Assembly: GCA_965645245.1 (NCBI GenBank)
Contig: OZ287087.1
Location: 1,054,001-1,118,000 of the forward strand
DNA from: Massalongia carnosa
Taxonomy: Eukaryota
Direction: 5' to 3'
DNA: 64,000 nucleotides
Program-made: the position numbers and the translations under genes
In this document: piece after piece, positions 31,029 through 43,706 of the stretch
Layout: each line of letters opens with the position of its first letter
How positions within the stretch are numbered: position 1 is the first letter of the stretch
The notes under the pieces: model-generated
Seen by the model: only the letters and a program-made list of their open reading frames with translations
The model's database searches: none
What the model was told of the DNA's origin: nothing

Positions 31029-34000
31029 TGGCGGGACAACATTCGTTGACAAATATCGAAAATACACAAAATATCAAATTTATCCAACATAATTGTGCAA
31101 AGTCAACGAATGCAATGATTTCGTGTCTGCAATATGCAGTATTAAATAGTTTTGATATTGTTTTATTTCGGGAACCATGGACGCAAGATCAAAAAACAAT
31201 TGTCCATCTGTCATTCACATGTTTTATGGCGATAATAGCGACTTATCGGCCGAGAGTAGCTATATTCGTTACAAAATGCAATCCATAATTACAATGCACG
31301 CCTAGAACGGATCTCATAAACGATACTGATATGCAAATTATCGAAATTACAATTGATGAAGTTCGAAAAGTGCAGATCTTTAACCTTTACAATGAAAAAA
31401 GTCTAAACGATCAAGAAACATATACAATCGATCGACTTTTTGTTAAATATCAACCTATATCAACTGATCAATTTGTAATATGTGGAGATTTCAATGCATA
31501 TCATAGCTGGTGGAATTCGAAGATTCAAAATGCAATTCGATCAGAAAATCTAGTTAAATGGTTAAAATTAAACAAATGTAGTTTGATAAATACGCCTGAT
31601 CTATATACATTTTTTGCTCATTCAGGAAACTCTTCATCTATTATTGATTTAACATTTGCAAATTCTAAAATCGAAAACGCAATTCTAAATTGGTCAATCG
31701 ATGATAACGCAGTCACGGGTTCAGATCATGAAGTTATTCGATTTGAACTTATCGCGTCTGGATTTAGCCGAACTTCGAAAAATCATGTGTAGACATCGTC
31801 GAGAATGGAAGAATAAACCGTCCTATTTCAGTCATCAAACATTTAGACATAGTCGAATCGAGTACTTTCATGTAATTCGAAAAGCGAAACAGCAAACTTG
31901 ATTGGCTTTCCTCGAAAACGCAGCAAATAAAGAGGTATTTACAGCTTATAAATACACTAAACCGCGCATGTTCGAAAAAATACCACCTATTCAATATGAA
32001 AATAAGTTAAATGTTCCATTCGATCACAAATGCGATACGTTTGTGTCAGCAATGTACACAGAAAACCCGCTCACGGATGATAATATTGAAGATTTAACGA
32101 ATCAAGACAGCGAAAATGACAACAATTGGCCGAATTTAACCGAAAATGAATTGCAAAATGCGATTAGTTTGTTTAATCCAAAGAAATCATGTGGACCTGA
32201 TGCAATCAATTTCACATATATTCAAAAATCGTTTCAACCATTGAAAAACGTGTTTTTTACTATTTATTCTAAATTTATACAAATCGGTTATCACCCGTTA
32301 TGTTGGCGAACAGGACTCGGTGCAGTTTTAAAAAAACCTAATAAACCAGACTACTGGCTGCCAAAATCATATCGAATTATTACTTTACTGAATTGTCTTG
32401 TTAAAATTGCGGAGAAAATAGTTGCTAATCGAGTAGCCTACCTCGGCAAAAATTCGAGCTTGTTAGATACCGAACAAATGGGCGGACGCAAAAATCAATC
32501 TGCAATCGATGCGGTAATAAACGTCGTTCATGATATCGAAATCGAAAACCGAAACAAAAATGTTTTATCATGTCTATTACTCGATGTCAAAGGAGCATTT
32601 GACTTTGTTTCGATTAATCAATTGCTAAATGTCATGAAAAAGCTGCATTTATCTCGCATAGTTATTCAATGGGTCAAGTATTTTATGACAAAACGATCGA
32701 TCAATTTGATATTCGATAAACACAAAAGCAAAACGTACTATATCGACTCTGGAATTCTACAGGGTTCACAAATTTCGCCAATTCTATTTCTGATTTATAT
32801 TCGTTACTTATTTCCGAAAATACGAATGAAATTAAATGCTCATTCACCTAGCTTTATAGACGATGTTGCAATATATGTCGAAAAGAAAACTGCCAAACAG
32901 AAGTGCAAAGAAATCAAAATTATCGTTAAAACAGCTTTTCATTGGGCCGCGACGAATAATGTCAAATTTGATGACGACAAATCTGAGTTGATTCACTTCG
33001 AAAAGTCAAGAAATGCATCAAAAGTCAAAGTGCAATTACCAAACGGGACAATACTAGAACCGAAAAATTCTGTCAAATGGTTAGGAGTCTGGTTAGACCG
33101 AAAACTAAATTACAAAAAACACGTCGAAACGCGAATTACTTCTGCAAATCGATCGTTTTTCGCAATTCAAAATTTGATGAAGTCCGAATGGGGACTAAAG
33201 CCAACTGCATGCAGAAAGCTCTATTTGTCATGCATTATTCCTATTTCGGACTATGGCTCAGAAATCTGGTATAACGGTCAAAAGAAATATGAAAAGCTAT
33301 TTCAGAATCTGCAAAATCGAATGATTCGAAAGATTTTAGGTACATTCAAAACCACGCCTATTCAGGCGATGGAAATTGAATCGCATATTTTACCAGCCAA
33401 GCTACGATTGTTGATGAAAAATCAAAAATACGCAATTCGATTATTGAAGATTGCCGAAAATAATCCTATTTGTAAAAGAATTCCCAGTACCTATTCGGTG
33501 AAATTCGAAAACATCGGTTTTGACACTAGTTTATGGAACAACAGATATGCTGAATGGAAAGAAGACGAGAAAAAATCGAGTAAACCTCATCCTAGTTAGC
33601 TTATCCGTATTCTTAATTCCGTTTCGGATATAGTTCACAAAACTGATGAATTCGAATCAGTAAATAATTTCATCAAACCATGGAAGCCGTCTTGTAAAAT
33701 CAAGTTCCAAATCGAAAGATCAAAAGAAACAGCAAAGTCAAGTTATTATTCGATTTTATCAAAAATTCAATCAATAAACGCCGATAAATCGCAAATGTTA
33801 CTCTATACCGATGGATCAAAAACCGAGTTTTCAACTTCCGCTGTCACATTTGCACCAATTACGCGAAATTTGAACAATTTCACCGATAACTTCAATCGTT
33901 TTATCGAAAAAGATTGTCTCCTCAAACATCATACGATTTCGAAAAGCCGGAATTTAAACAAATAGTCAAGCGTTAAAAACGCTGAACTGTATGCGATGCT

Positions 34001-34791
34001 ACAAGAAATAAAATGGGCATACAAATTGACAATTGCGAATATTCTCTTCAATTTGGAAAAAACGATTTGGATTTTTTCCGCTGGCATAAACACGATAACG
34101 AAATGCAGAACTTGGCAAATCATACATACGCAAAACAATTCGAAAATTCTCGAAATGCTTATTCGGAAACAATTATCAGGTGGTTCTACAATGGATTCAT
34201 AGTCATTCGAAAATCGTCGAAAATGAAATTGCAGATAAAGCAGCAAAAGCGGGACATAGTAGAATCCTAGTCGAGTCTTCGATAATAACATTTGATTATG
34301 TAAAGGGTCAAATAAATCGAAATATGTTAGCCACATGGGCGAATCAATGGCAACAATGCAAGTCAAAACGCAAATACTATTAAAAATTCGAAATGCAGCC
34401 TGGCAAATCGAGTTTTTATTATCTGTCGAATAATTGTTCGAAATTAATATTTGCGATTATTATGCAAATTAAATTCGGACACGGTTATTTCGATCATATC
34501 TGCACCGATTGAAAGATTATAATTCGTCAAAATGCACAGGGCGCTGCAACGAACGTCAAACGGCAGAACACTTATTGATGAATTGCGTAAATTATTCAAA
34601 TGAAATCCTAAACATGAAACAAAATATCGATAACCACAATTACTTTAAAAATGCTGTTTAATACTAGGATCGGAAATAATATTTTGTTTAAATTTATTGT
34701 TGATAACAAAATCGCGACTACAAAATGGATGTAAGGTCAGCTCGATGACGAAAATATCGAAACTGGAGGTTGGGGAGAGATCAAACAGTAA
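31028..34791 (+). pseudogene. LINE ORF2 (APE-RT-RNaseH-CCHC), with stops and an internal deletion near 31762
   Basis: IQHNC, GDFN, GSDH, QGS, FIDD motifs; reading jumps from ELIAS to DLAELRK relative to the 56534 copy. Confidence 0.92.
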
Positions 34792-35073
34792 AATTAGAAA
34801 TGATTTATGCTGGAATATTTGCGAGCTTTACAAAAACCAATTGTAAAATCGATATTTCGATTACTAAAGGTTGTTACTAACACGGAGTAAAAACAGGGCA
34901 ATATTGACGATAAATAGTTGGTTTATAAAGGTTTGATTTATTTGTAAAATAAAACCATATCTTAAAATAGTTTTGTGTCATAACCTTAGGTTGAATACAC
35001 TTAATGAATAAATAAAAAATAAAAATAAAAATTGGATCGAGGAACGGTAGTCCAATTTTCGGAATTGACAGTC

Positions 35074-38000
35074 TTGCTTAATTTCCAGCTTTTCGAAATC
35101 GTATGATACTTGATCAGACAATCTTTTTCGATAAATCGATTAAAATTATTGATAATATTATTCCAATTCCTTATAATTGGCGCAAATGTGACTGCAGACG
35201 TTGCAAATTCGATTTTCGATCTATCTGTATAAAGTTAAACTCGGGATTTATCGGAGTTCATTGATTTAATTTTGGATAAGGTCGAACAATAACTTGATTT
35301 AGCAGATTCCTTTGTATTTTCGATTTGAAATTCGATTTTGCACGGCGATTTCCAAGGTTTAATAAAATGATTTGATTGTTCAAATTCATCAGTTTTGTAA
35401 ACTATGTCGGAAACGGAATGAAGAAGGCGAATAAGCTGAATAGGATGTCGTTTATTTGCTTGTTTTTCGTCTTCGTTCCATCCGGCATATTTGTTGTTCC
35501 ATAAACTTGTGTCAAAACCGATATTTTCGAATTTTATCGAATATGTGTTTGGAATTCTTTGACAAATAGGGTTATTTTCGGCAATCTTAAACAATCGAAT
35601 TGCGTATTTTTGATTTTTCATTAATAATCGAAGTTTAACTGGTAAAACATGCGATTCAATTTCCATCGCCTGAACGGGTGTGGTTTTGAAAGTTCCTAAA
35701 ATCTTTCGAATCATTTGATTTTGTAGGTTCTGAAATAGTTTTTCATATTTCTTTTGACCATTATACCAAATTTCTGAGCCGTAGTCCGAAATAGGAATAA
35801 TGCATGACATATAGAGCTGTCTGCATGCGGTCGGTTTCAGACCCCATTCGGATTTCATCAAACTCTGAATTGCAAAAAACGATCGATTCGCAGAAGAGAT
35901 CCGCGTTTCGACGTATTTTTTGAAATTTAGTTCTCGGTCTAAACAAACGCCCAACCATTTGACTATATTTTTCGGTTCTAGTACTGTCCCGTTTGGTAAT
36001 ACTAATGTGTCTTTCGATAAATTTCTTCTCTTTTCGAAGTGAATCAGCTCGGATTTATCGTCATCAAATTTGACATTATTCGATGCGGCCCCAATCAAAA
36101 GCCCTTTTGACTATGATTTCGATTTCTTTGCAATTCTGTTTTGCAGTTTTATTTTCGACATATATTGCAACATCGTCAATAAAAGTGGGAGAATGTGCAT
36201 TGAATTTAATTCGTATTTTCGGAAACAAGTGACGAATATTAATCAGAAATAGAATAGGCGAGATTGGTGAGCCTTGTGGAATTCCTGATTCGACATAATA
36301 TGTTTTGCTTAAATTTTCATCAAATATCAAATTGATCGATTGTTTTGTCATGAATGCTTGACCCATTGAATTATTATGCGAGATAATTTCAGCTTTTTCA
36401 TAACATTTAGCAGTTGATTAATCGAGACAAAGTCAAATGCGCCTTTGATATCGAATAATAAACATGATAAGACGTTTTTATATCTATTTGCAAATTCAAT
36501 ATCATGAACAACGTTCATTACTGCGTCAATTGCAGAATGATTTTTGCGTCCGCCCATCTGTTCGATATCGAGTAAATTCAAATTTTCGCTGAAGTAGGCT
36601 AGTCGATTTGCAACGATTTTATCAGCAATTTTACCAAGAGAATTTAGTAATGTGATAATTCGATATGATTTTGGAAACGAATAGTCCGATTTATTAGGTT
36701 TTTTCAGAACTGCACCGAGTCCTGTCCGCCAGGATAACGGGTGATAACCGATTCGAATTAATTTCGAATAAATCATGAAAAACACGTTTTTCAACGATTG
36801 AAACGATTTTTGAACAATTGTAAAATTGATTGCATCAGGTCCACATGCTTTCTTCGGATTAAATAAACTAATCGCATTTTTCAACTCGTTTTCGGTCAAA
36901 TCTGGCCAATTATCATCATTTTCGCTGTATTGATTTGATAAATCTTCCTCATTATCGTCAATAAATGGGTTTTTTGTATACATTGCTGACACAAATGCAT
37001 CGCATTTGTCATCAAACTGTACATTTAGCTTGTTTTCATGTAGAATCGGCGGTATTTTTTCGAATATGCGCGGTTTAGTGTATTTATACGCGGTAAATAC
37101 ATCTTTATTTGCTGCATTTTCTAGAAAAGTCAACCATGTTTGTTGTTTTGCTTTTCGAATTGCATGAAAATACTCGATTCGACTATGTTTAAACGTCCGA
37201 TGACTAAAATCGGACGGATAATTCTTCCATTCTCGACGATGTCTGCAAATGGTTTTTCGAAGTTTAGTTAAATCTTGCGACCACCAATTTTTCCATTTTG
37301 CACAAATTTTCGTTTTCGGAATAAACATTTCAGCCGCGTTTTTGATAACGTTTTGCAAATATATCGCTGATTCGTCGAATTGATGATTATTCAATAAACT
37401 TTGAACTTGTGATTCGTAGATTGTTGAATTTTCGTCTAGATACTTCGCGAATTTATTCCAATCGGCTTTATTGCAATTGTATTTATTCGATAATGCGGTT
37501 GCATGTGACGTCAAGTTTTTGAAAGATGCGATTAGTTCAAATCGGATGACTTCATGATCAGAACCTGTGACTGCGTTTTCATCGATTGAACAATTTGTAA
37601 TTGCATTTTCGATTTTAGAATTTGCCAAAGTTACAACAATAACAGATCGAGAACTTCCAGAATGGGCGTAGTATGTACATAAGTCAGGTGTGTTTATCCA
37701 GCTACACCTGTTTAATTTCAACCATTTGACAAGATTTTTTGATCGAATTGCTTGTTGAATTTTCTAATTCCACCAGTTATGATGTGCATTGAAATCTCCA
37801 CAGATGACGAATTGATCAGTTGATTTAGGTTGTAATTGGATTAAAAGTCGATCGATCGTGTATGTTTCTCGATCACTTTGACTTTTTTCGTTATAAATAA
37901 TGAAAATCTGCACTTTTCGAACTTCATAAATTGTAATTTCAATAATTTGCATATCGGAATCGTCAATAAGATCCGTTCTAGGCGTGCATTGCAGTTTGGA

Positions 38001-40826
38001 ATTGCCAATTGTGACAAATATAGCTACTCTCGAGCGATAAGTCGCTGTTTTTGGCATAGTACATGTAAATGACGGATGTGATATTGTTTTTTGATCTCGT
38101 GTCCATGGTTCCTGAAACAAAACAATATCAATTTGATTTGATAGAGCATATTCCAAACACGATATCATTGCATTCGTTGACTTTGCACAATTATGTTGAA
38201 TAAATTTAACATTTTGTGTATTTTCGATGTTTGTAAACTAATGCTGTCCTGCCAATACAAAGCGGCTAATTCGTCAGTCGATTTTCGAACATTTAACGAT
38301 ATAACCATTTCACAATTTTCATCATTGGATTAATGATTCTTATTGCAATTCGCGCATTTGACGACGACGTGTGCACAAGCAATTTTTGACTTGCATGTTG
38401 TGCATTCATGATTGCGTGTTTCATGGTTTTGCGCACCTATGCTGCATTTCGCTTGACTTTTGCATTGATAATGCTTGTGTCCAAATTTTTGACAATTAAT
38501 GCATTGTGTGTTTGGACGAACGGAGGTAAATATTTCCGTGTCACAATGTCGGCCCGCGATATTGACTCGTTTTAACGCGTTCAAGGCCATATTTGGATCA
38601 TTGAATGTCAAAACAACGGATGATTTGATCTTGTTACGACGATCACGTGCTAGCCATCTGGGAACATCGCATAATTGCATGTTCGAATTGAACTTTTGAA
38701 TTTCGTCTTGCAAATATTGCATGTTTTCATCAAATGTTGCAATATTTACACCGTGTGCAACGACTTTGAACCACGATTCGTCCTTTCGAACTGTTCGTGG
38801 GTCGAATAAATGCTCGCATATTGATTTATTGTTCAATAAATCTTCAGCAGTGTTATCAGGACTAGTAGTCAGAACGATGTTTTGACCCTTTTTGGACTTT
38901 TCGACCGTGTTAACAACGATAGTCAATTTCGCGTCTTTAAAAAGCGAATTGATTTGGTTTCGAAGCAACAGTGAATCGATATCGCCGATTTGAGCTTTCG
39001 GTGTGATTATCAATCGTCGAGATTTGATCGACTTGAAATCGTCAGTATTATCGAATTTGTTCGCATTCGAATTATTGTTGTTGTTCTTGTTTATTTTTTT
39101 GGATCGAGGAACAGTAGTCCAATTTTCGGAATTGACAGTCGCTTTTCCGAGCATTTGGCTCCATGTTCTAGCTGTATCGTTGACCAGCGGCCCTGGGACT
39201 CAAGCGGTTTCGCTCCGAATTTCTGGGTTGACGTTTTTAGTCAAATTCGAATTTCCATTTGAATTTTCCTTCGATTTTGTCTGTACAGGATGCACCGATT
39301 GTCTCTTTGTTTCTGGAATTTGGCTAGTTTGTTCTAGCACCCTATTCAATTTCCGATCAATCATTTATAACGTTGCTTTTGGCTTGATCGATTTCTTTGG
39401 CAGTAGGGAATTGACGTGATCGATGACCATAGCCGTTTCGGGGTTTTGATCTATTACGAATGACTCTAATAATGCATTTTTTGCGTTTTCAAAAGTTGAG
39501 TCGATTTTGATCGATTGATGACTTCTTGACTCTCAATCGAATGTTCGTCAAATGTTCGTCTTTTGTTGCGTTTAATTGGTGAACTCAGTCGAATATCAGA
39601 ATTCAATGATAGCATGGGCAGATTGGTACTGAATTCACCAGATGGCGCGACAAAAGGTTTCGTTTTTGGGGTGGGTGTGGACGGTGCGGACGAAAATTCT
39701 CGCGTTTGGGCCATGGCCTCCGTAGATTCTACGGTTGGGGGGGTTGCTCCCAATTATCGCTACCGAAGATGGCGTGGGGAAGTCGGTTCGGGGGGGTCAC
39801 GGTGGAGTTCTCGGTGGGACCCATAGATGTTGTGGAGGGGGGCCTGGGGGAGGAGTTGTTGGTATCAATCGATTTGGTCTATGACCTATCGGGTTAAATC
39901 TTCGATTGGGCATAGTGTTTTTGCATTTGCAATATCCCTTTTATCGCCACCAAATAATTTATTCTGACTTTCCCCGGACGTACTAGTCAGAAAAGAATTT
40001 ACACCTTATTTGTTTACTGGTCAAATGACTCTTTCTTTCCTATCCCTATTTATTTGACTATAACGCGTCAAATAAAACCTAATCGGGTTAAAATAGACCG
40101 TTCCTCGCTAAGGCAGTAAGTAAGTCTTATTTAACCCTTTACCAGACACTACAATAGGTGAAAATAATGAAAGTTTTTTTTGCTTTTTTCAATAAAGATA
40201 AATTTTAATGCAATGTAAGACAATAGGAGACTTCCTATTCTGATTAATCTGAAACAGGACCTTTGGTATTATCCTATTCCAGACGTTTTTCCCCTTCTTT
40301 TCAGTGATCTGTTGACCGGCCGTTCAACGAAGATCTATAAAGCCGAAAATGGAATGTGCAAAAATTATACGTGAAATATGCTATGAAAATTTGTGCTTGC
40401 GGAAGTTCCCGTAACCTTAAATGAGGAATGAACTTTCGAAGACTTTGACGGCGCGAAAGTTGTTGTACAGTCCCGCGAGAGTAGATAATTTTTGTAGATA
40501 ATTTTTATAGTAATAATTGAAGGTCATGCGATAACAGAACAGAAGAATAAAGAAAAAAAAGCGATTATTGGTGAGGTTGTTGGTATTTGTTGTTTTTTCC
40601 AACTTCTAGAGCGCGATTTATCACGTCGGTCGCGTGCGACCAGCAGAAAAACTCTGCTGGAGCTTTGCTAGAGCTCTCCTACACTCAATCTGAGAGCGTT
40701 TTTGGACTGAAGGAGCTCAAATGACAGAGAAATAGAGGCTAAATTGAATATTAAAGTTATAGTTTATCAAACGTTGCGGAACTTGTTTTTCTTGTTGTTG
40801 TTCTGTAGACTGGCCAAGGGATATGT
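35074..40826 (-). mobile_element. LINE-A-related element (third subfamily), 5'-complete, truncated in RNase H; ORF1 ~39913-38254 and ORF2 ~38254-35074 both broken
   Basis: ORFs 39466..39753, 38330..39154, 37764..38168, 36348..37721, 36076..36366, 35235..36098; 5' end begins ACAT like the 53844 copy. Confidence 0.92.
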
Positions 40827-43141
40827 GCGAAAATGATGATAATTGGCCAGATTTGACCGAAAACGAGCTGCAAAATGCGATTAATTAATTTAATCCGAAG
40901 AAAGCATGTGGACCTGATGAAATCAATTTTACAATTGTTCAAAAATCGTTTCAATCGTTGAAAAACGTGTTTTTCATGATTTATTCGAAATTCATTCTAA
41001 TCGGTTATCACCCGTTATGCTTGCGGACAGGACTCGGTGCAGTTCTGAAAAAACCTAATAAATCAGACTATTCGCTACCAAAATCATATCGAATTCTCAC
41101 ATTACTAAATTGTCTTGGTAAAATTGTTGAGAAAATCGTTGCAAATCGACTAGCCTACTTCGGCGAAAATTCGAATTTACTCGATATCGAACAGATGGGT
41201 GGACGCAAAAATCATTCTGCAATTGACGCAGTAATGAACATCGTTCATGATATCGAAATTGCGAATCGAAATAAAAGCATTTTATCCTGTTTATTACTCG
41301 ATGTCAAAGGCGCATTTGACTTTGTCTCGATTAATCAACTGCTAAATGTCATGAAAAAGCTGAAATTATCTCGCATAATAATTCAATGGGTCAAGCATTT
41401 CATGATAAAACGATCGATCAATTTAATATTCGATAAAAACAAAGCAAAACATATTATGTCGAATCAGGAATTCCACAAGGTTCACCAATCTCGCCTATTC
41501 TATTTCTGATTTACATTCGTCACTTGTTTTCCGAAAATACGAATGAAATTTATGCACATTCTCCCAGTTTTATTGACGATGTTACAATATATGTCGAAAA
41601 TAAAACTGCAAAACAAAATTGCAAAGAAATCGAAATCATAGTCAAAACAGCTTTTGATTGGGCCGCATCGAATAATGTCAAATTTGATGACAATAAATCC
41701 GAGCTGATTCACTTCGAAAAGACAAGAAATGTATCGAAAGACACATTGGAATTACCAAATGGGACAATACTAGAACCGAAAAATGTAGTCAAATGGTTGG
41801 GCGTCTGGCTAGACCGAAAACTAAATTTCAAAAAACACGTCGAAACGCCAATCTCTTCTGCGAATCGATCATTTTTTGCAATTCAGAATTTGATGAAATC
41901 CGAATGGGGTCTGAAACCGACCGCATGCAGACAGCTCTATTTGTCATGCATTGTTCCTATTTCGGACTACGGTTCAGAAATTTGGTATACTGGTCAAAAG
42001 AAATATGAAAAACTATTTCAGAATTTGCAAAATCGAATGATTCGGAAAATTTTAGGAACTTTCAAAACCACACCTGTTCAGTCGATAGAAATTGAATCAC
42101 ATGTTTTACCAGTCAAACTTCGATTATTAATGAAAAATCAAAAATAAGCAATTCGATATTGAAGATTGCCGAAAATAAACCTATTTGTCAAAGAATTCCA
42201 AACACATATTCGATAAACTATGAAAACATCGGTTTTGACACAAGCTTATGGAACAACAAATATGCCGAACCGAACGAAAATAAAAAACAGACAAATAAAC
42301 GACACCCTAGTCAGCTTATTCGCGTTCTTCATTCCGTTTCTGACATAGCTCACAAAACTGATGAATTTGAACAATCAAATAATTTCATTAAACCTTGGAA
42401 ATCGTCTTGCAAAATCGAATTTCGAATCGAAAATATAAAAGATTCTGCAAAATCAAGTTATTATTCGACCTTATCCAAAATTCAATCAATAAACTCCGAT
42501 AAATCCCGAGATTTACTTTATACGGATAGATCAAAAATCGAATTTGCAACGTCTGCAGTCACATTTGCACCAATTTTGCGGAAATGGAATAATATTATTG
42601 ATAATTTTGATCGATTTATCGAAAAAAATTGTCTGATCAAGTATCATACGATTTCGAAAAGCTGGAAATTAAGCAAACAGTCAAGCATTAAAAATGCTGA
42701 ACTGCATGCGATTTTACAAGCAATGAAATGGGTCTATAAATTGTCGAATACTAATATTTTATCGAACTTAGAAAAAACGATTTGGAATTTTTCTGATAGT
42801 ACAAACGCGATAAACGAAATTCAGAAATTGACAAATCATATTTTCGCAAGACAAATTCGAAAGCTCACAAAAGGCTTATTTGAAACAATTGTCAGGTGAT
42901 TTTGCAATGGATTCCGAGTCATTCGAAAATTACCGAAAATGAAATTGCAGACAAAACAGCAAAGACGGGCCATAATCGAATACTAGGCGAGTCCTCGGCG
43001 ATAACATTTGACTATGTAAAAGACCAAATAAATCAAAATATGCTAACTACGTGGACGAATCAATGGCAACAATACAAATCAAAAGCCAAATACTATGAGA
43101 AATTCGAAATTCAACCTGGCATATCGAGCTTTTATTATTTA
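40827..43141 (+). pseudogene. LINE-A ORF2 fragment (RT and RNase H), truncated at both ends
   Basis: ORFs 40958..41509, 41524..42147, 42159..42899, 42896..43192. Confidence 0.92.
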
Positions 43142-43304
43142 TTTATTTTATTTTTTATTTATTCATTGAGTGTATTCAACATAAGGTTATGAGACAAAAC
43201 TATTTTAGGATATGTTTCTATATTACAAATAAATCAACCCTTCATAACCTATCTATGTATAGTCAATTTTTCTCCATTTTTACTCCGTGTTAGTAATAAC
43301 CTAT
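43142..43304 (-). mobile_element. LINE-A 3' UTR and tail remnant
   Basis: Antisense tail plus the same 3' UTR as 43305 onward. Confidence 0.85.
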
Positions 43305-43706
43305 TTTTTAATTTTTTTTATTTATTCATTAAGTGTATTCAACCTAAGGTTATGACACTAAACTATTTTAGGATATGTTTCTACATTACAAATAAATCAA
43401 CCATTTATAACCCATCTATGTATTGTCAATTTTCCACATTTTTACTCCGTGTTAGTAACAACCTATAGTAATCGAAGAATATCGATTTTAAAATTTGTCT
43501 TTGTAAGTTCGAGAATGTTTCAGCATAAATCGTTTCTGATTTTACTGTTCGATCTCTCCCCAACCTCCAGTTTCGAAAATCTCGTCATCAAGCTGACCTA
43601 GTATCCATTTTCTTGTCGTGATTTTGTTGATTTGATTTGATTTGATTATTCTTACGCCGTTGTGTCACCGGCCGAAGGCCGGCCCATGCGGGAGATGCTA
43701 TATAAG

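Larger units (their letters stand above)
27762..35031 (+). mobile_element. LINE-A-related element (second subfamily): partial 5' UTR, intact ORF1, decayed ORF2, (TAAAAA)n tail
   Basis: UTR homologous to ~54190-54760; ORF1/ORF2 TAATG overlap at 31026-31030; tail at ~35007-35031. Confidence 0.93.
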
